The position numbers and the translations under genes are program-made. A model generated the notes under the pieces. It ran no database searches. It was given only the letters and a program-made list of their open reading frames with translations, and had not been told where the DNA came from. Shown piece after piece: positions 1 to 8,604 of a stretch of 18,452 nt of DNA (positions within the stretch are counted from its first letter, which is position 1; each line of letters starts with the position of its first letter). The DNA comes from Promethearchaeota archaeon (GTDB taxonomy: Archaea; Asgardarchaeota; Lokiarchaeia; Sigyniarchaeales; SOKP01), in assembly GCA_048941265.1 (NCBI GenBank), contig JBHLNT010000076.1:1-18452 (forward strand), written 5' to 3'.

Positions 1-404
1 GTTTTAACTACATAGTGTCTTTCATTCAAATCCCTTATGAATTGGTGGACTTCATCCGATTCTTTAAAACGGCATATTAAAGCTGCTGATTGCTCTCCAG
101 TTGTATGAAATACAGAACAAACTTCAGGTATTTGGCTAATCTCCTCCAAGATTTCTGGTGTGTGCTTCCCGTCCACTTGAATACGGATCAAGAATGTTAG
201 CTTATAACCTAAAGCAGCATTATTCAGTTTAAGTGTATATCCTGAAATCACACCCCTTTCTTTTAATTTTGAAATTCTGTTGTGAATAGTACCAATTGAA
301 ATATTTAACTCGTTTTGGATTTCCCGATAAGACTTACGAGCATCTTGTTGTAAGATGCTTAAAATGTTTCGGTCGATCTCATCAAGTTCTTTTTTTGATG
401 TCAC
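1..404 (-). CDS. Lrp/AsnC family transcriptional regulator (3' end runs off the window)
   Basis: Manual translation from GTG at 404: MTSKKELDEIDRNILSILQQDARKSYREIQNELNISIGTIHNRISKLKEKGVISGYTLKLNNAALGYKLTFLIRIQVDGKHTPEILEEISQIPEVCSVFHTTGEQSAALICRFK... This has the classic LDxxDxxILxxLQxDARxS HTH followed by a RAM domain (EV..VFHTTG). Not in the supplied ORF track. Confidence 0.93.
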   Translation of the reverse strand, partial: MTSKKELDEIDRNILSILQQDARKSYREIQNELNISIGTIHNRISKLKERGVISGYTLKLNNAALGYKLTFLIRIQVDGKHTPEILEEISQIPEVCSVFHTTGEQSAALICRFKESDEVHQFIRDLNERHYVVK

Positions 405-488
405 TATATATAACCAAAGCCAATTCAAATATCGTTTAAGTTTTTAGGATCTATTCAGAATTACAAAATTAATCAAATTAAATTAACA

Positions 489-522
489 TTTTTCAATATT
501 TAAAATTTTTCAGTATTTAAAA
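489..522. repeat. 17-bp tandem direct repeat in the Lrp/thermosome divergent intergenic region (candidate operator)
   Basis: TTTTTCAATATTTAAAA (489-505) followed by TTTTTCAGTATTTAAAA (506-522), one mismatch. Confidence 0.5.
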
Positions 523-653
523 TTGAACATTTTTAAAAAATTTTCTATTTAAAGATCCCCAAATCATAAAATCTTTATTTGATAATGTATTCGATAGACT
601 CAACATAATATAATTGAATTAGATCTAAAATCAAAATTTAAGGATGATATAAG

Positions 654-2246
654 ATGTCTTTTGGCGTACCTGTAATAATTCTTAAGGAAGGTGCCGAGGA
701 AGTTAGGGAAAAAGAAGCACGCGTCCAAAATATTAATGCTATGGTGGCTATCGCAGAAACAGTAAAGTCTACTCTAGGTCCAAAAGGAATGTCAAAAATG
801 CTTGTGGATTCTTTGGGTGATATCACTATTACAAATGATGGCGCAGAAATTTTAAAGAAGTTAGATATTGAAAATGTGTCAGCGATAATGATGGTTAACG
901 TAGCAAAAGCCGTTGACGAAGAAATAGGGGATGGTACAACTGTAGCCGTTATTTTTTCTGCGGCTTTGCTTGAAAATGCCTTAGATCTGATTGAACAGGA
1001 TATTCATCCAAAGCATATTACTTCTGGATATAAATTAGCAGCTAATAAAGCAGTACAATTGGTCAAAGAAATTGCCACTAAAATTTCAAAAGATGATGAT
1101 GCTGTCCTTAAAAATGCGGCTATGACAGCTATGAATTCGCAAGATATTGCTCCATTAAGGGATTTTTTCGCAGATTTAGCCTTAAAAGCAGTTAAACATA
1201 TAAAAGATGAAAATGTCTTTAACAAAGTGGGAGATATCAAAATCGTAAAAGCTCAAGGAAAATCTCTTAAAGATTCTAAACTCATCTCTGGTGTTTATAT
1301 TGAAAAGGAAAAAGTTAATTCTAGCATGTCAGATTCTTTAAAAGATGTGAAAATTGCGGTCATTAGAAAGAAATTAGATATTTCTAAAACTGAATTCGAT
1401 GCTCAAATCCAGATCTATAATCCCGAAGATATACAAAAATTCATGGATCAAGAAGATAAAATTCTCCGAGACTACCTGAAAATTTTTAAAGATTTAGGAG
1501 TCACTATGATTGTGAATAATAGCGACATTTCTGATAAGTTTGGAGCATATTTAGCAAAAGAAGGAATCGCAGCAATAAAAAATGTTGGAGAAAAAGATTA
1601 TAAATCGATTTTAAAAGCCACAAGTGCTAGTTTTATTGATGATATAAAATTATTATCTGAAAGTGATTTAGGATATGCCGAATCTGTGAAGTTCGAAAAA
1701 ATTGGAGATAAAGAATATACTTTTTTCGAGGGGTGTAAAAATCCTAAAAGTGTATCCATCTTACTTAAAGGCGGTCTTGAAAATATTCTTAACACTGCTG
1801 AAATTTCTTTAAATGATGTGCTCTCTGTCATTGCCAAAATTATTGATACGCAAATGGTTGTCGCTGGTGGTGGAGCGATTTATATCGAGCTTGCGAAAAA
1901 ATTAAGGGCCTATGCTAACGAGATTTCTGGTAAGGAGCAATTAGCTGTCAATGCTTTTGCGCTTGCACTTGAAGAAATCCCCAAAACCTTAGTCAGGAAT
2001 GCTGGTCTTGATGAAATTGAAAAAATAACTGAGTTAAGAGCTGCACATAAAACTGATAATGATAAATGGATTGGAATTGATACCATCACCAATACTATTG
2101 GAAACAATTATCAAAGGGGAATAGTTGAGCCTGCTGAATTAATTATTTATTTAATAAAGTCTGGCAGTGAACTAGCTAATTTAATATTGCGAGTAGATCG
2201 AATTATTAAAGCAAGTGGTGCTTCGAAATCTGGCTTTAAACCTTAA
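654..2246 (+). CDS. Group II chaperonin (thermosome/CCT-like) subunit, divergent paralog
   Basis: TLGPKGMSKML, ITNDGAEIL, GDGTT, VAGGGA, GIVEP and ILRVD motifs; 530 aa; no GGM tail. Confidence 0.96.
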   Translation: MSFGVPVIILKEGAEEVREKEARVQNINAMVAIAETVKSTLGPKGMSKMLVDSLGDITITNDGAEILKKLDIENVSAIMMVNVAKAVDEEIGDGTTVAVIFSAALLENALDLIEQDIHPKHITSGYKLAANKAVQLVKEIATKISKDDDAVLKNAAMTAMNSQDIAPLRDFFADLALKAVKHIKDENVFNKVGDIKIVKAQGKSLKDSKLISGVYIEKEKVNSSMSDSLKDVKIAVIRKKLDISKTEFDAQIQIYNPEDIQKFMDQEDKILRDYLKIFKDLGVTMIVNNSDISDKFGAYLAKEGIAAIKNVGEKDYKSILKATSASFIDDIKLLSESDLGYAESVKFEKIGDKEYTFFEGCKNPKSVSILLKGGLENILNTAEISLNDVLSVIAKIIDTQMVVAGGGAIYIELAKKLRAYANEISGKEQLAVNAFALALEEIPKTLVRNAGLDEIEKITELRAAHKTDNDKWIGIDTITNTIGNNYQRGIVEPAELIIYLIKSGSELANLILRVDRIIKASGASKSGFKP

Positions 2247-2358
2247 TTTGAAATTTTTTTTAATTTTATTTTTTCTCTAATTTTTATTTATTTTATTAAA
2301 TTTTTGTTCGGTTTCTATTATTCTTATAGTTTATTATAAATTCACAATTTTAGGTAGT

Positions 2359-3744
2359 ATGGATAAAAAGATAGTACTCTTCGGTGCGGGGAGCGCTGCA
2401 TTTGGACCTCCTACATTAAGTGATATCTATTCGAGCAAAATATTGCCAGGATCCACAATTACATTGATTGACATTGATGAACCGAAATTGAATATGGTTT
2501 ATGACATATTAAATCATGAAAATGAACTTAGAGGGAATAAATATAATTTAGAGAAAACAACAGACTTAAAAACCGCCTTAAAAAACGCCGATTTTGTAAT
2601 CTGCTCTATTGAACATGGAGATCGCTTTAAATATCGCTGGATAGATCATAGAATACCTCATAGTTATGGAACCACAGAAATGATGGCTGAAAATGGAGGT
2701 CCTGGTGGATTTTTCCATTCTGCTCGTCAAATACCAACAATTATAAATATCGCTAAAGAAACTTTCAAGGCAAATCCCCATGCAGTTTTTATTAATTATT
2801 CAAATCCCGTTTCGCGAATCTGTCTATCTATTAAAAGGTCAGTTCCAGGCCTAAATTGTATCGGGCTTTGTCATCAGATAGGTTTATTCTTACCAGATCT
2901 CCCTTATATTGTGGATGATAATTTCCAACCTGAAAGGCTCAAAGATTTATCCCCAAGTGATAAGATTAAACTTCATAAAGAATCTTTAAAAAATACAAAA
3001 ATTACAGTAGGGGGATTAAATCATTTTGCCTTTATATTAGGGTTGAAAAATATCAAGACTGGAGAAGATTTAATACCTAAATTCAATGCAAATTGTATGA
3101 ATTATTATCAAGGTAAATGGGACAGATTCAAATATGCTGACTTAACATTCGAAATCTATAAACGTTTTAATTGTTTCCCTTATGTAGGAGATAATCATAT
3201 TTGTGAATATCTGCAAATAGGTTCAAATTATACTAAATATTCAGACTTAGATGATTGGATAACAAGAATGGAACAGGGTAAAGTTGGAACCAACAAAAAA
3301 TACGAGAGAAATTATAAAAAACTATTAAATGGGAAATATCCAAAAAGAGGTATTTTAATGAGAGATGAATCTGGAGAAAGAGGAATTCCAATTATAGAAG
3401 AAATTATCGAAAATAGTAGCTGCTATGAGATAGCTGTAAATATTCCCAATGAGGGAATTATCGATAATCTTCCCCAAGATTTAGTCGTCGAGTGTTCTGG
3501 AATTGTTGATAAAGATGGGGTTCATGGTGTAAAATTAGGAAAAATTCCGAGAAATATCGCTGCACTTTTAAGGATTGAGGCTTCTATTCAAGATGTTTGC
3601 GTGGAGGCAATTCTTAAAGAATCAAAAGAGCTGGCCATTGCTTGTATTGCAATGGACGTTAATTGCGGAAGTTTCGAGAAGGCTGAAAATATTTATAGTG
3701 AAATGAGTGAACTGCAAAAGGAATATTTACCAAAATTCAAATAA
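2359..3744 (+). CDS. Glycoside hydrolase family 4 (NAD+/Mn2+-dependent alpha-galactosidase/alpha-glucosidase-like)
   Basis: N-terminal KIVLFGAGS Rossmann motif, ENGGPGG, NYSNP, GLCH, GLNH, GDNH and NIPNEGIIDNLP..VVE motifs typical of GH4. Confidence 0.92.
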   Translation: MDKKIVLFGAGSAAFGPPTLSDIYSSKILPGSTITLIDIDEPKLNMVYDILNHENELRGNKYNLEKTTDLKTALKNADFVICSIEHGDRFKYRWIDHRIPHSYGTTEMMAENGGPGGFFHSARQIPTIINIAKETFKANPHAVFINYSNPVSRICLSIKRSVPGLNCIGLCHQIGLFLPDLPYIVDDNFQPERLKDLSPSDKIKLHKESLKNTKITVGGLNHFAFILGLKNIKTGEDLIPKFNANCMNYYQGKWDRFKYADLTFEIYKRFNCFPYVGDNHICEYLQIGSNYTKYSDLDDWITRMEQGKVGTNKKYERNYKKLLNGKYPKRGILMRDESGERGIPIIEEIIENSSCYEIAVNIPNEGIIDNLPQDLVVECSGIVDKDGVHGVKLGKIPRNIAALLRIEASIQDVCVEAILKESKELAIACIAMDVNCGSFEKAENIYSEMSELQKEYLPKFK

Positions 3745-3902
3745 AAAAGGGAATAGAAATCTTTTTTTTAAATTCATAGAAGTTTTCTATTCAATCCCAA
3801 CTCCTTGAGAAAAATCAATTAATACTGATCTATCTTTTAGATTTTTTTTTATAAAGGGATTTTGTATATATACTTGAGCAAAGGTGTTTATCATAGCGTT
3901 TT

Positions 3903-4562
3903 TTGAAAGATTTAAAAAAGCAGTGGTACTGTGAAGGGGCCTATTTAACGGTAGGTGGATGTGTTCAAGCAAGTGAGATGATTATGAAAGGTACACTTCA
4001 AAATGCTCTGGCATTTGGTGTGGCAGCGGGACATCATGCAGAAAGAGATTCTGCCTGGGGAGGCACCTATTGTTCTGTAACTGGTCCCGTTGTGGTCAAT
4101 CTTCAAAAAAAATATCCAGGATTAAAAATTGCTCTAATTGATACTGATTCTCACCATGGGAATGGTACTAGAGACGTGACCTTTGGAAATCATGATGTTT
4201 TGCATGTGTGTTTTTGTTCTTCAAATAAGATTGAAGATAATAACACGAAAATTTGTATAAATTCAGGATATAATACAACTGACCAAGCGTATCTGGATAT
4301 AGTGCAAAATGAAATAGACAATAGCATTAAAAATTTCAAACCTGATCTAATAATTCACTTACTCGGCCATGATACTGCATTAGGTGATTACGGAGATCGC
4401 GGTTTATCAAAACAATTTTTTCTAGAATTGGTAAAAACTATTAAAAAAGCGGCATCTACAATTTGCAGAGGACGATATCTCATCAACACTCATGGCGGGT
4501 CTAATTTAGATATTTGCGAATACATCTTTCCTAATATCATTCGCATTTTAGCTCAGGGTTGA
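3903..4562 (+). CDS. Histone deacetylase-superfamily Zn amidohydrolase, apparently 5'-truncated (possible pseudogene)
   Basis: GHHA, DTDSHHGNGT and GHD...GD motifs. Only 219 aa, TTG start, in-frame TAG at 3894-3896; the N-terminal strand/loop region expected for the family is missing. Confidence 0.8.
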   Translation: MKDLKKQWYCEGAYLTVGGCVQASEMIMKGTLQNALAFGVAAGHHAERDSAWGGTYCSVTGPVVVNLQKKYPGLKIALIDTDSHHGNGTRDVTFGNHDVLHVCFCSSNKIEDNNTKICINSGYNTTDQAYLDIVQNEIDNSIKNFKPDLIIHLLGHDTALGDYGDRGLSKQFFLELVKTIKKAASTICRGRYLINTHGGSNLDICEYIFPNIIRILAQG

Positions 4563-4737
4563 AAATCTTTATAGAACACTTATAAAGTACTTTTAATTTA
4601 ATAGTAAGACCTTATTTTCTTTCATTTTTTATACGATCGTTCCTTTTATCGTGTTTTTTATATCTGGATTTCTATATAAAATAACCTAAATTAAAGTAAA
4701 AATTGGAAAATCAAATTAACAATTTGGATGTGATATA

Positions 4738-6003
4738 ATGAAAAAAATTAATTATGTGATATTTCCAATAATAACCATATTATTAGCCACAACACTTTTT
4801 GGAATCACCACAAATGCATTTGCTATTGAAAATAATACATCAAAATCCTCTAAGCCGAAAGAACAGAAGCCTAACTTTGTAGAGGAAATCAGTGTTAAAT
4901 CATCTTGTCTCTGCTCTTACGCTAAGTGGAAAGAAGATAATGGTCAAAAATATCTGCATATAATCACAGCTAATCACTATGAGTTAGGATACCTCGAAGG
5001 GCAAAATCTTGCCAATGAAATAATTACCATGGATTACATTTTAAAGAATTTAATTGCTTCATATAATTTAGATATTAATCAGATCATCTATTTAGCATAT
5101 ATCTATGATCAATTTATTCCAGAGGAGTATAAAACGGAACTAACAGGTATAGCAGATGCGATACCGACTTTATCCTATACGGACATTTTATTACAAGTGG
5201 TATTTCTTGACTTGTATTATGGTATCCTTATTCCTCAATTGGTTGGTGTAGATCCCGCTTTACATGCTTGTACTGCTATTAGTGCTAAAAATTCTAAAAG
5301 ATCTATCACTATAGGGCAGACTATGGACTTTGGATATTTATTCTACCCAACCCTCAATTTCGTAAAACATAACGTAATTGGCAAACAAACTACCTTTTCA
5401 CTCAGAATGGGTGCTGCAGTATTGCCAATTGGAAAAAATAGGCATGTATCATCAACCGTTAATCTTGTTCAGACTTGGAAACTAGCTGAATTTGGAATTC
5501 CTACCTGTATTAAAAGCAGAATGGCATTTGAAACCTGCAAGACTGCCGAAGAATTTTCAGAATTGATGACTTCATCTTATTGTTGCTCTTGGAACTATAT
5601 GTTTTCAGATATAAGAGGCAATCTTATTGCCAGTGAAACAGTTCCTAGTCTGAAGATTGAAGAAACTATCAATAAACATGAATTTGCGGTGAGAACCAAT
5701 ACCTATATTTCTGAAGAGTTGAAAATTTATTTACTTGATCCGCTCTTTTCGATTGCGAGGCAACAAAAAGCAGAAGAACTCACTCAACAAGAACTTAATG
5801 AAGATGGAAAATTATCTGCTAAAGACCTTATGAACATATTTAGTTATAATGATGGAACTGAAGCATCTATCTGCAGATATCCAATACCTGAGGATCCAAC
5901 TTCTGTGTGTTCCTTAGCTTTTTTCGTTTCTCAAGCTTGCAGAAAAGGTTATTTTGGAATTGGAAATACCAGAGATTCTAATTGGGGCAGAATTCCATTA
6001 TAA
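4738..6003 (+). CDS. Secreted or membrane-anchored Ntn-hydrolase, peptidase C45 (acyl-CoA:6-APA acyltransferase/acid ceramidase-like)
   Basis: Signal-peptide-like MKKINYVIFPIITILLATTLFGITTNAFA; YELGYLEG and ELTGIADA prodomain motifs; A|CTAI autocleavage Cys nucleophile; GQTMDF; RTN. Confidence 0.82.
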   Translation: MKKINYVIFPIITILLATTLFGITTNAFAIENNTSKSSKPKEQKPNFVEEISVKSSCLCSYAKWKEDNGQKYLHIITANHYELGYLEGQNLANEIITMDYILKNLIASYNLDINQIIYLAYIYDQFIPEEYKTELTGIADAIPTLSYTDILLQVVFLDLYYGILIPQLVGVDPALHACTAISAKNSKRSITIGQTMDFGYLFYPTLNFVKHNVIGKQTTFSLRMGAAVLPIGKNRHVSSTVNLVQTWKLAEFGIPTCIKSRMAFETCKTAEEFSELMTSSYCCSWNYMFSDIRGNLIASETVPSLKIEETINKHEFAVRTNTYISEELKIYLLDPLFSIARQQKAEELTQQELNEDGKLSAKDLMNIFSYNDGTEASICRYPIPEDPTSVCSLAFFVSQACRKGYFGIGNTRDSNWGRIPL

Positions 6004-6109
6004 TTTTGTAAATAAATCGAAAATTTAATAACAAATAATAATCTTTTTTTTTTTAGTATAGTATACCATAATTCTTTTTTTAACTAAATTTTAATGAGGT
6101 GTAAGTTAA

Positions 6110-6829
6110 ATTTTTTGTAAAATTGAAGGAGAAGATATTCCACTTGTCTCTACTGGGACCTCACCATTCTTTGGTGCCGCTCAATTTGGCAGAAATGCGC
6201 GTGTCTATAGGAAAAAATTCATGAATGATGCAAGCGCTATGCTGGAAATAATGGAAGCTTGTTATAAAGCAGGGGGACGAGGTATTGAAGCAGTACCTGG
6301 TGGAGCGGTCATAGATGCCATAAAAATAATGAAAGAAACTCATTCTGATTATGTTGTTACGGGTTCTACTTTTCCAGGACCGGATGATCCTAAAATTGAT
6401 GATTTAATTGATGTGGAGGCAAAAATAATTTTCGCACATGGTATGGTAGCCGATAAAATGGATGAGAGACTCAATAAACTTGTAGAAGAAATCGAGTCTC
6501 GAGGGGTAATTCCAGGAATAGCTTTGCATAATCCTGTTCCAACAATTGAATATGCCATAGCGAATTTACCTCAAGTTAAAGCATTTTTAACTCCATTGAA
6601 CGCAGATGGACTATATATGGGAGATAAAGAAGGATTAGAGAAAATAGTTGATGAACATAAAGATTTATATTTTGTCGGAATGAAAACGCTCGCTGCAGGA
6701 AAACTAGATCCAAAAGAAGCGTATGAATATATCTCAAAGCATAATATCTGCGCGGCCGCAATAGGTATGGTCACCATTGAAGAAGCTGAAGTTTCAACTA
6801 AAATTGCTTTAAAAGCTCTTCAAAAATAG
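6110..6829 (+). CDS. Archaeal TIM-barrel protein (aldo/keto-reductase-like); true start upstream of the ORF-track ATG at 6221, probably ATT at 6110
   Basis: The frame is open from TAA 6107-6109 and encodes IFCKIEGEDIPLVSTGTSPFFGAAQFGRNARVYRKKF before the 6221 ATG. The C-terminal GMKTLAAG and IGM...EE motifs are AKR-like. GAGGTG SD at 6096-6101. Confidence 0.72.
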   Translation: MFCKIEGEDIPLVSTGTSPFFGAAQFGRNARVYRKKFMNDASAMLEIMEACYKAGGRGIEAVPGGAVIDAIKIMKETHSDYVVTGSTFPGPDDPKIDDLIDVEAKIIFAHGMVADKMDERLNKLVEEIESRGVIPGIALHNPVPTIEYAIANLPQVKAFLTPLNADGLYMGDKEGLEKIVDEHKDLYFVGMKTLAAGKLDPKEAYEYISKHNICAAAIGMVTIEEAEVSTKIALKALQK

Positions 6830-6904
6830 ATAAACAGAGCTTTAGATTTTTTTTAATTTAAATATAATAAAATTTATTGATATGTAGATAAAGATCTTAA
6901 AAAT

Positions 6905-7351
6905 CTATAAATCTATTAATCCTTTCCCCCATTTCTCACTTTTTGAAATTTTTTTAAATATCTCCTCTAAATCATTTTCAAAAAATCTAAAGGAAGAAAC
7001 ATCACCATTAAAGGTGTCTAATTCTTTACTATATTTTTTTATGAACAAATCTTCGATTATTTGAATTTTTTTTTTGACGTTTTTATCTGATGTATTTAGA
7101 TGTGATCTCACTATAAAAATAAGATTTCGACGCGCAAAAAAGAGAAATTTTCCCTCGTCTAGTTCAATCTTTTTAATTTGTTCTTTTGATACTTCTTCTG
7201 CAAAACTCATTATGCCCGAAAGAAGTCCACTGAATAATTGTTCGTCAATCTGAATCTCAACTTTTTGATCCATGATATTTGATTTTTCATGAATAGCCCT
7301 ATGAAAGAGACAAATTCCGCTCGTATCAATTATCCAAAATTCTTCAACCAC
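6905..7351 (-). CDS. Longin-like domain protein (Asgard longin/roadblock-related family)
   Basis: N-terminal FWIIDTSGICLFHR beta-hairpin, helix DEQLFSGLLSGIMSFAEE, three beta strands, then helices ending F..KY...NGDVSSFRFF. This matches the beta-beta-alpha-beta-beta-beta-alpha-alpha longin pattern. Confidence 0.75.
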   Translation of the reverse strand: MVEEFWIIDTSGICLFHRAIHEKSNIMDQKVEIQIDEQLFSGLLSGIMSFAEEVSKEQIKKIELDEGKFLFFARRNLIFIVRSHLNTSDKNVKKKIQIIEDLFIKKYSKELDTFNGDVSSFRFFENDLEEIFKKISKSEKWGKGLIDL

Positions 7352-7371
7352 TTTAATTCCCTTTGATCCTC

Positions 7372-7674
7372 TTAAATTTTAATTAGACCAATAATGAATA
7401 ATACTAATGCAATTAAAGCCCATCCTTCATATATTTCAAGTACTTTGTCACCGAAAATTGGAATCATATCAAAACCAGTTTTATTTAATATCCCTGCTAT
7501 TCCCCCATATAATCCTGAAATCCCTAAACAAATAAATGCAATAAAAAAATATAATGCTAATTTATTTTCTGTTTTTTTATATTTCTGGTACGTAGTAATT
7601 GCCAAAATTAAATATATTGCTCCGTATCCAATCTCAACGCTATATTCCAGCAAAAGTGGAAAATCTAAGGCCAT
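7372..7674 (-). CDS. Small 3-TM membrane protein
   Basis: Three hydrophobic segments with a basic YQKYKKTENK loop after TM1; its start overlaps the upstream stop (TAATG at 7676-7672). Confidence 0.8.
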   Translation of the reverse strand: MALDFPLLLEYSVEIGYGAIYLILAITTYQKYKKTENKLALYFFIAFICLGISGLYGGIAGILNKTGFDMIPIFGDKVLEIYEGWALIALVLFIIGLIKI

Positions 7675-7991
7675 TAATTCCCACCCTCCTCTTTCCTTTT
7701 TATTATTCTTAATCCATAGAAAAAGAAAAATGCGGCTAAAAATTGAGTGCCCTCAAATATGGCTTCTAAAATTTCCCCTTCCAAAAACATGTTTTCTGCA
7801 AGCGGTAAAATCGTAATTTTTAGTAATATCGAAATTGCTATAACTAAAAATGCTAAAGAAATATAAAGTAAAGTAAGGTTTCTTAGTTTATGATATGAAT
7901 AAAACGTATAACCCCCTAAAAATAAAAACCCTATAATGCTTATAATTTGAATACCAAGTACAAATTCCGGACTGATTAAATATGTTGACAT
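7674..7991 (-). CDS. Small 3-TM membrane protein
   Basis: Three hydrophobic segments, basic loop YSYHKLRN after TM1, C-terminal FFFYGLRIIKRK; GAGGT SD upstream on the minus strand (~8001-8005). Confidence 0.8.
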   Translation of the reverse strand: MSTYLISPEFVLGIQIISIIGFLFLGGYTFYSYHKLRNLTLLYISLAFLVIAISILLKITILPLAENMFLEGEILEAIFEGTQFLAAFFFFYGLRIIKRKEEGGN

Positions 7992-8212
7992 TTTTAAATT
8001 ACCTCAACTTATTTTACGGTTCATTTATACTGCTAATTAAACATTCGAATAATTGATTATTTAACATCAACCTTTCTATATATTTATAATTCATTTATTT
8101 TATAAATGCCATTTATGGAAAAAACCTTTATTTTCCCAAACCGCTCTCCCAATATTTGATTAACAAAATAATTCAGCAATTTATAAAAATTTGAAATCAT
8201 TATGTTAAACCT

Positions 8213-8500
8213 ATGAGCCAAGATAAATTTAAAGATATAATTGGGAAAAAATTAAAGGATCTGCTACAAGAATCGGGAATGGAAAAAGTGAAAGAATCTC
8301 TTAAAGACCAAATATCCTCTAAAATAAAAAAAGAAATTGAAGATATCCTTCTTAAAGCCATCATTGAAGTAATAAAAGTAGAAATTGTGGCTATTATTGA
8401 TAAACTAATTACTGACGTCGTACTACCGAAAATTAAACAACAAATTACTGATGAAATTTTACCAAAAGTGCTTGAGAAAATAAGGAAAGAGATTTTTTAG
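8213..8500 (+). CDS. Small all-helical amphipathic protein of unknown function with a 12-aa internal repeat
   Basis: 95-aa ORF rich in K/E/I/L; ITDVVLPKIKQQ followed by ITDEILPKVLEK. Confidence 0.7.
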   Translation: MSQDKFKDIIGKKLKDLLQESGMEKVKESLKDQISSKIKKEIEDILLKAIIEVIKVEIVAIIDKLITDVVLPKIKQQITDEILPKVLEKIRKEIF

Positions 8501-8604
8501 GATATAAATTTATCCTTTTGGATTGATTAACAATTATTTTCTTGACTACTGAATGAATTTTTTTCAAATTATATCAATAAGTTTTAATATAATATTCAAA
8601 AAAT

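Noticed and set aside
638-2107. Short minus-strand ORFs inside the chaperonin gene (likewise those inside GH4, 6161-6777, pckG, the vWA gene and hdrA)
   Set aside because: Antisense shadows of well-supported genes.
2247-2310. T-rich tract after the chaperonin gene as a repeat element
   Set aside because: Ordinary archaeal oligo-T terminator-like sequence; similar tracts follow most genes in the window.
3787-3972. 61-aa minus-strand ORF overlapping the HDAC 5' end
   Set aside because: Short, overlaps a supported gene and has no recognisable motif; a gene remnant cannot be excluded but is unsupported.
7394-7816. 140-aa plus-strand ORF
   Set aside because: Antisense shadow of the two coupled 3-TM genes; no recognisable motifs.
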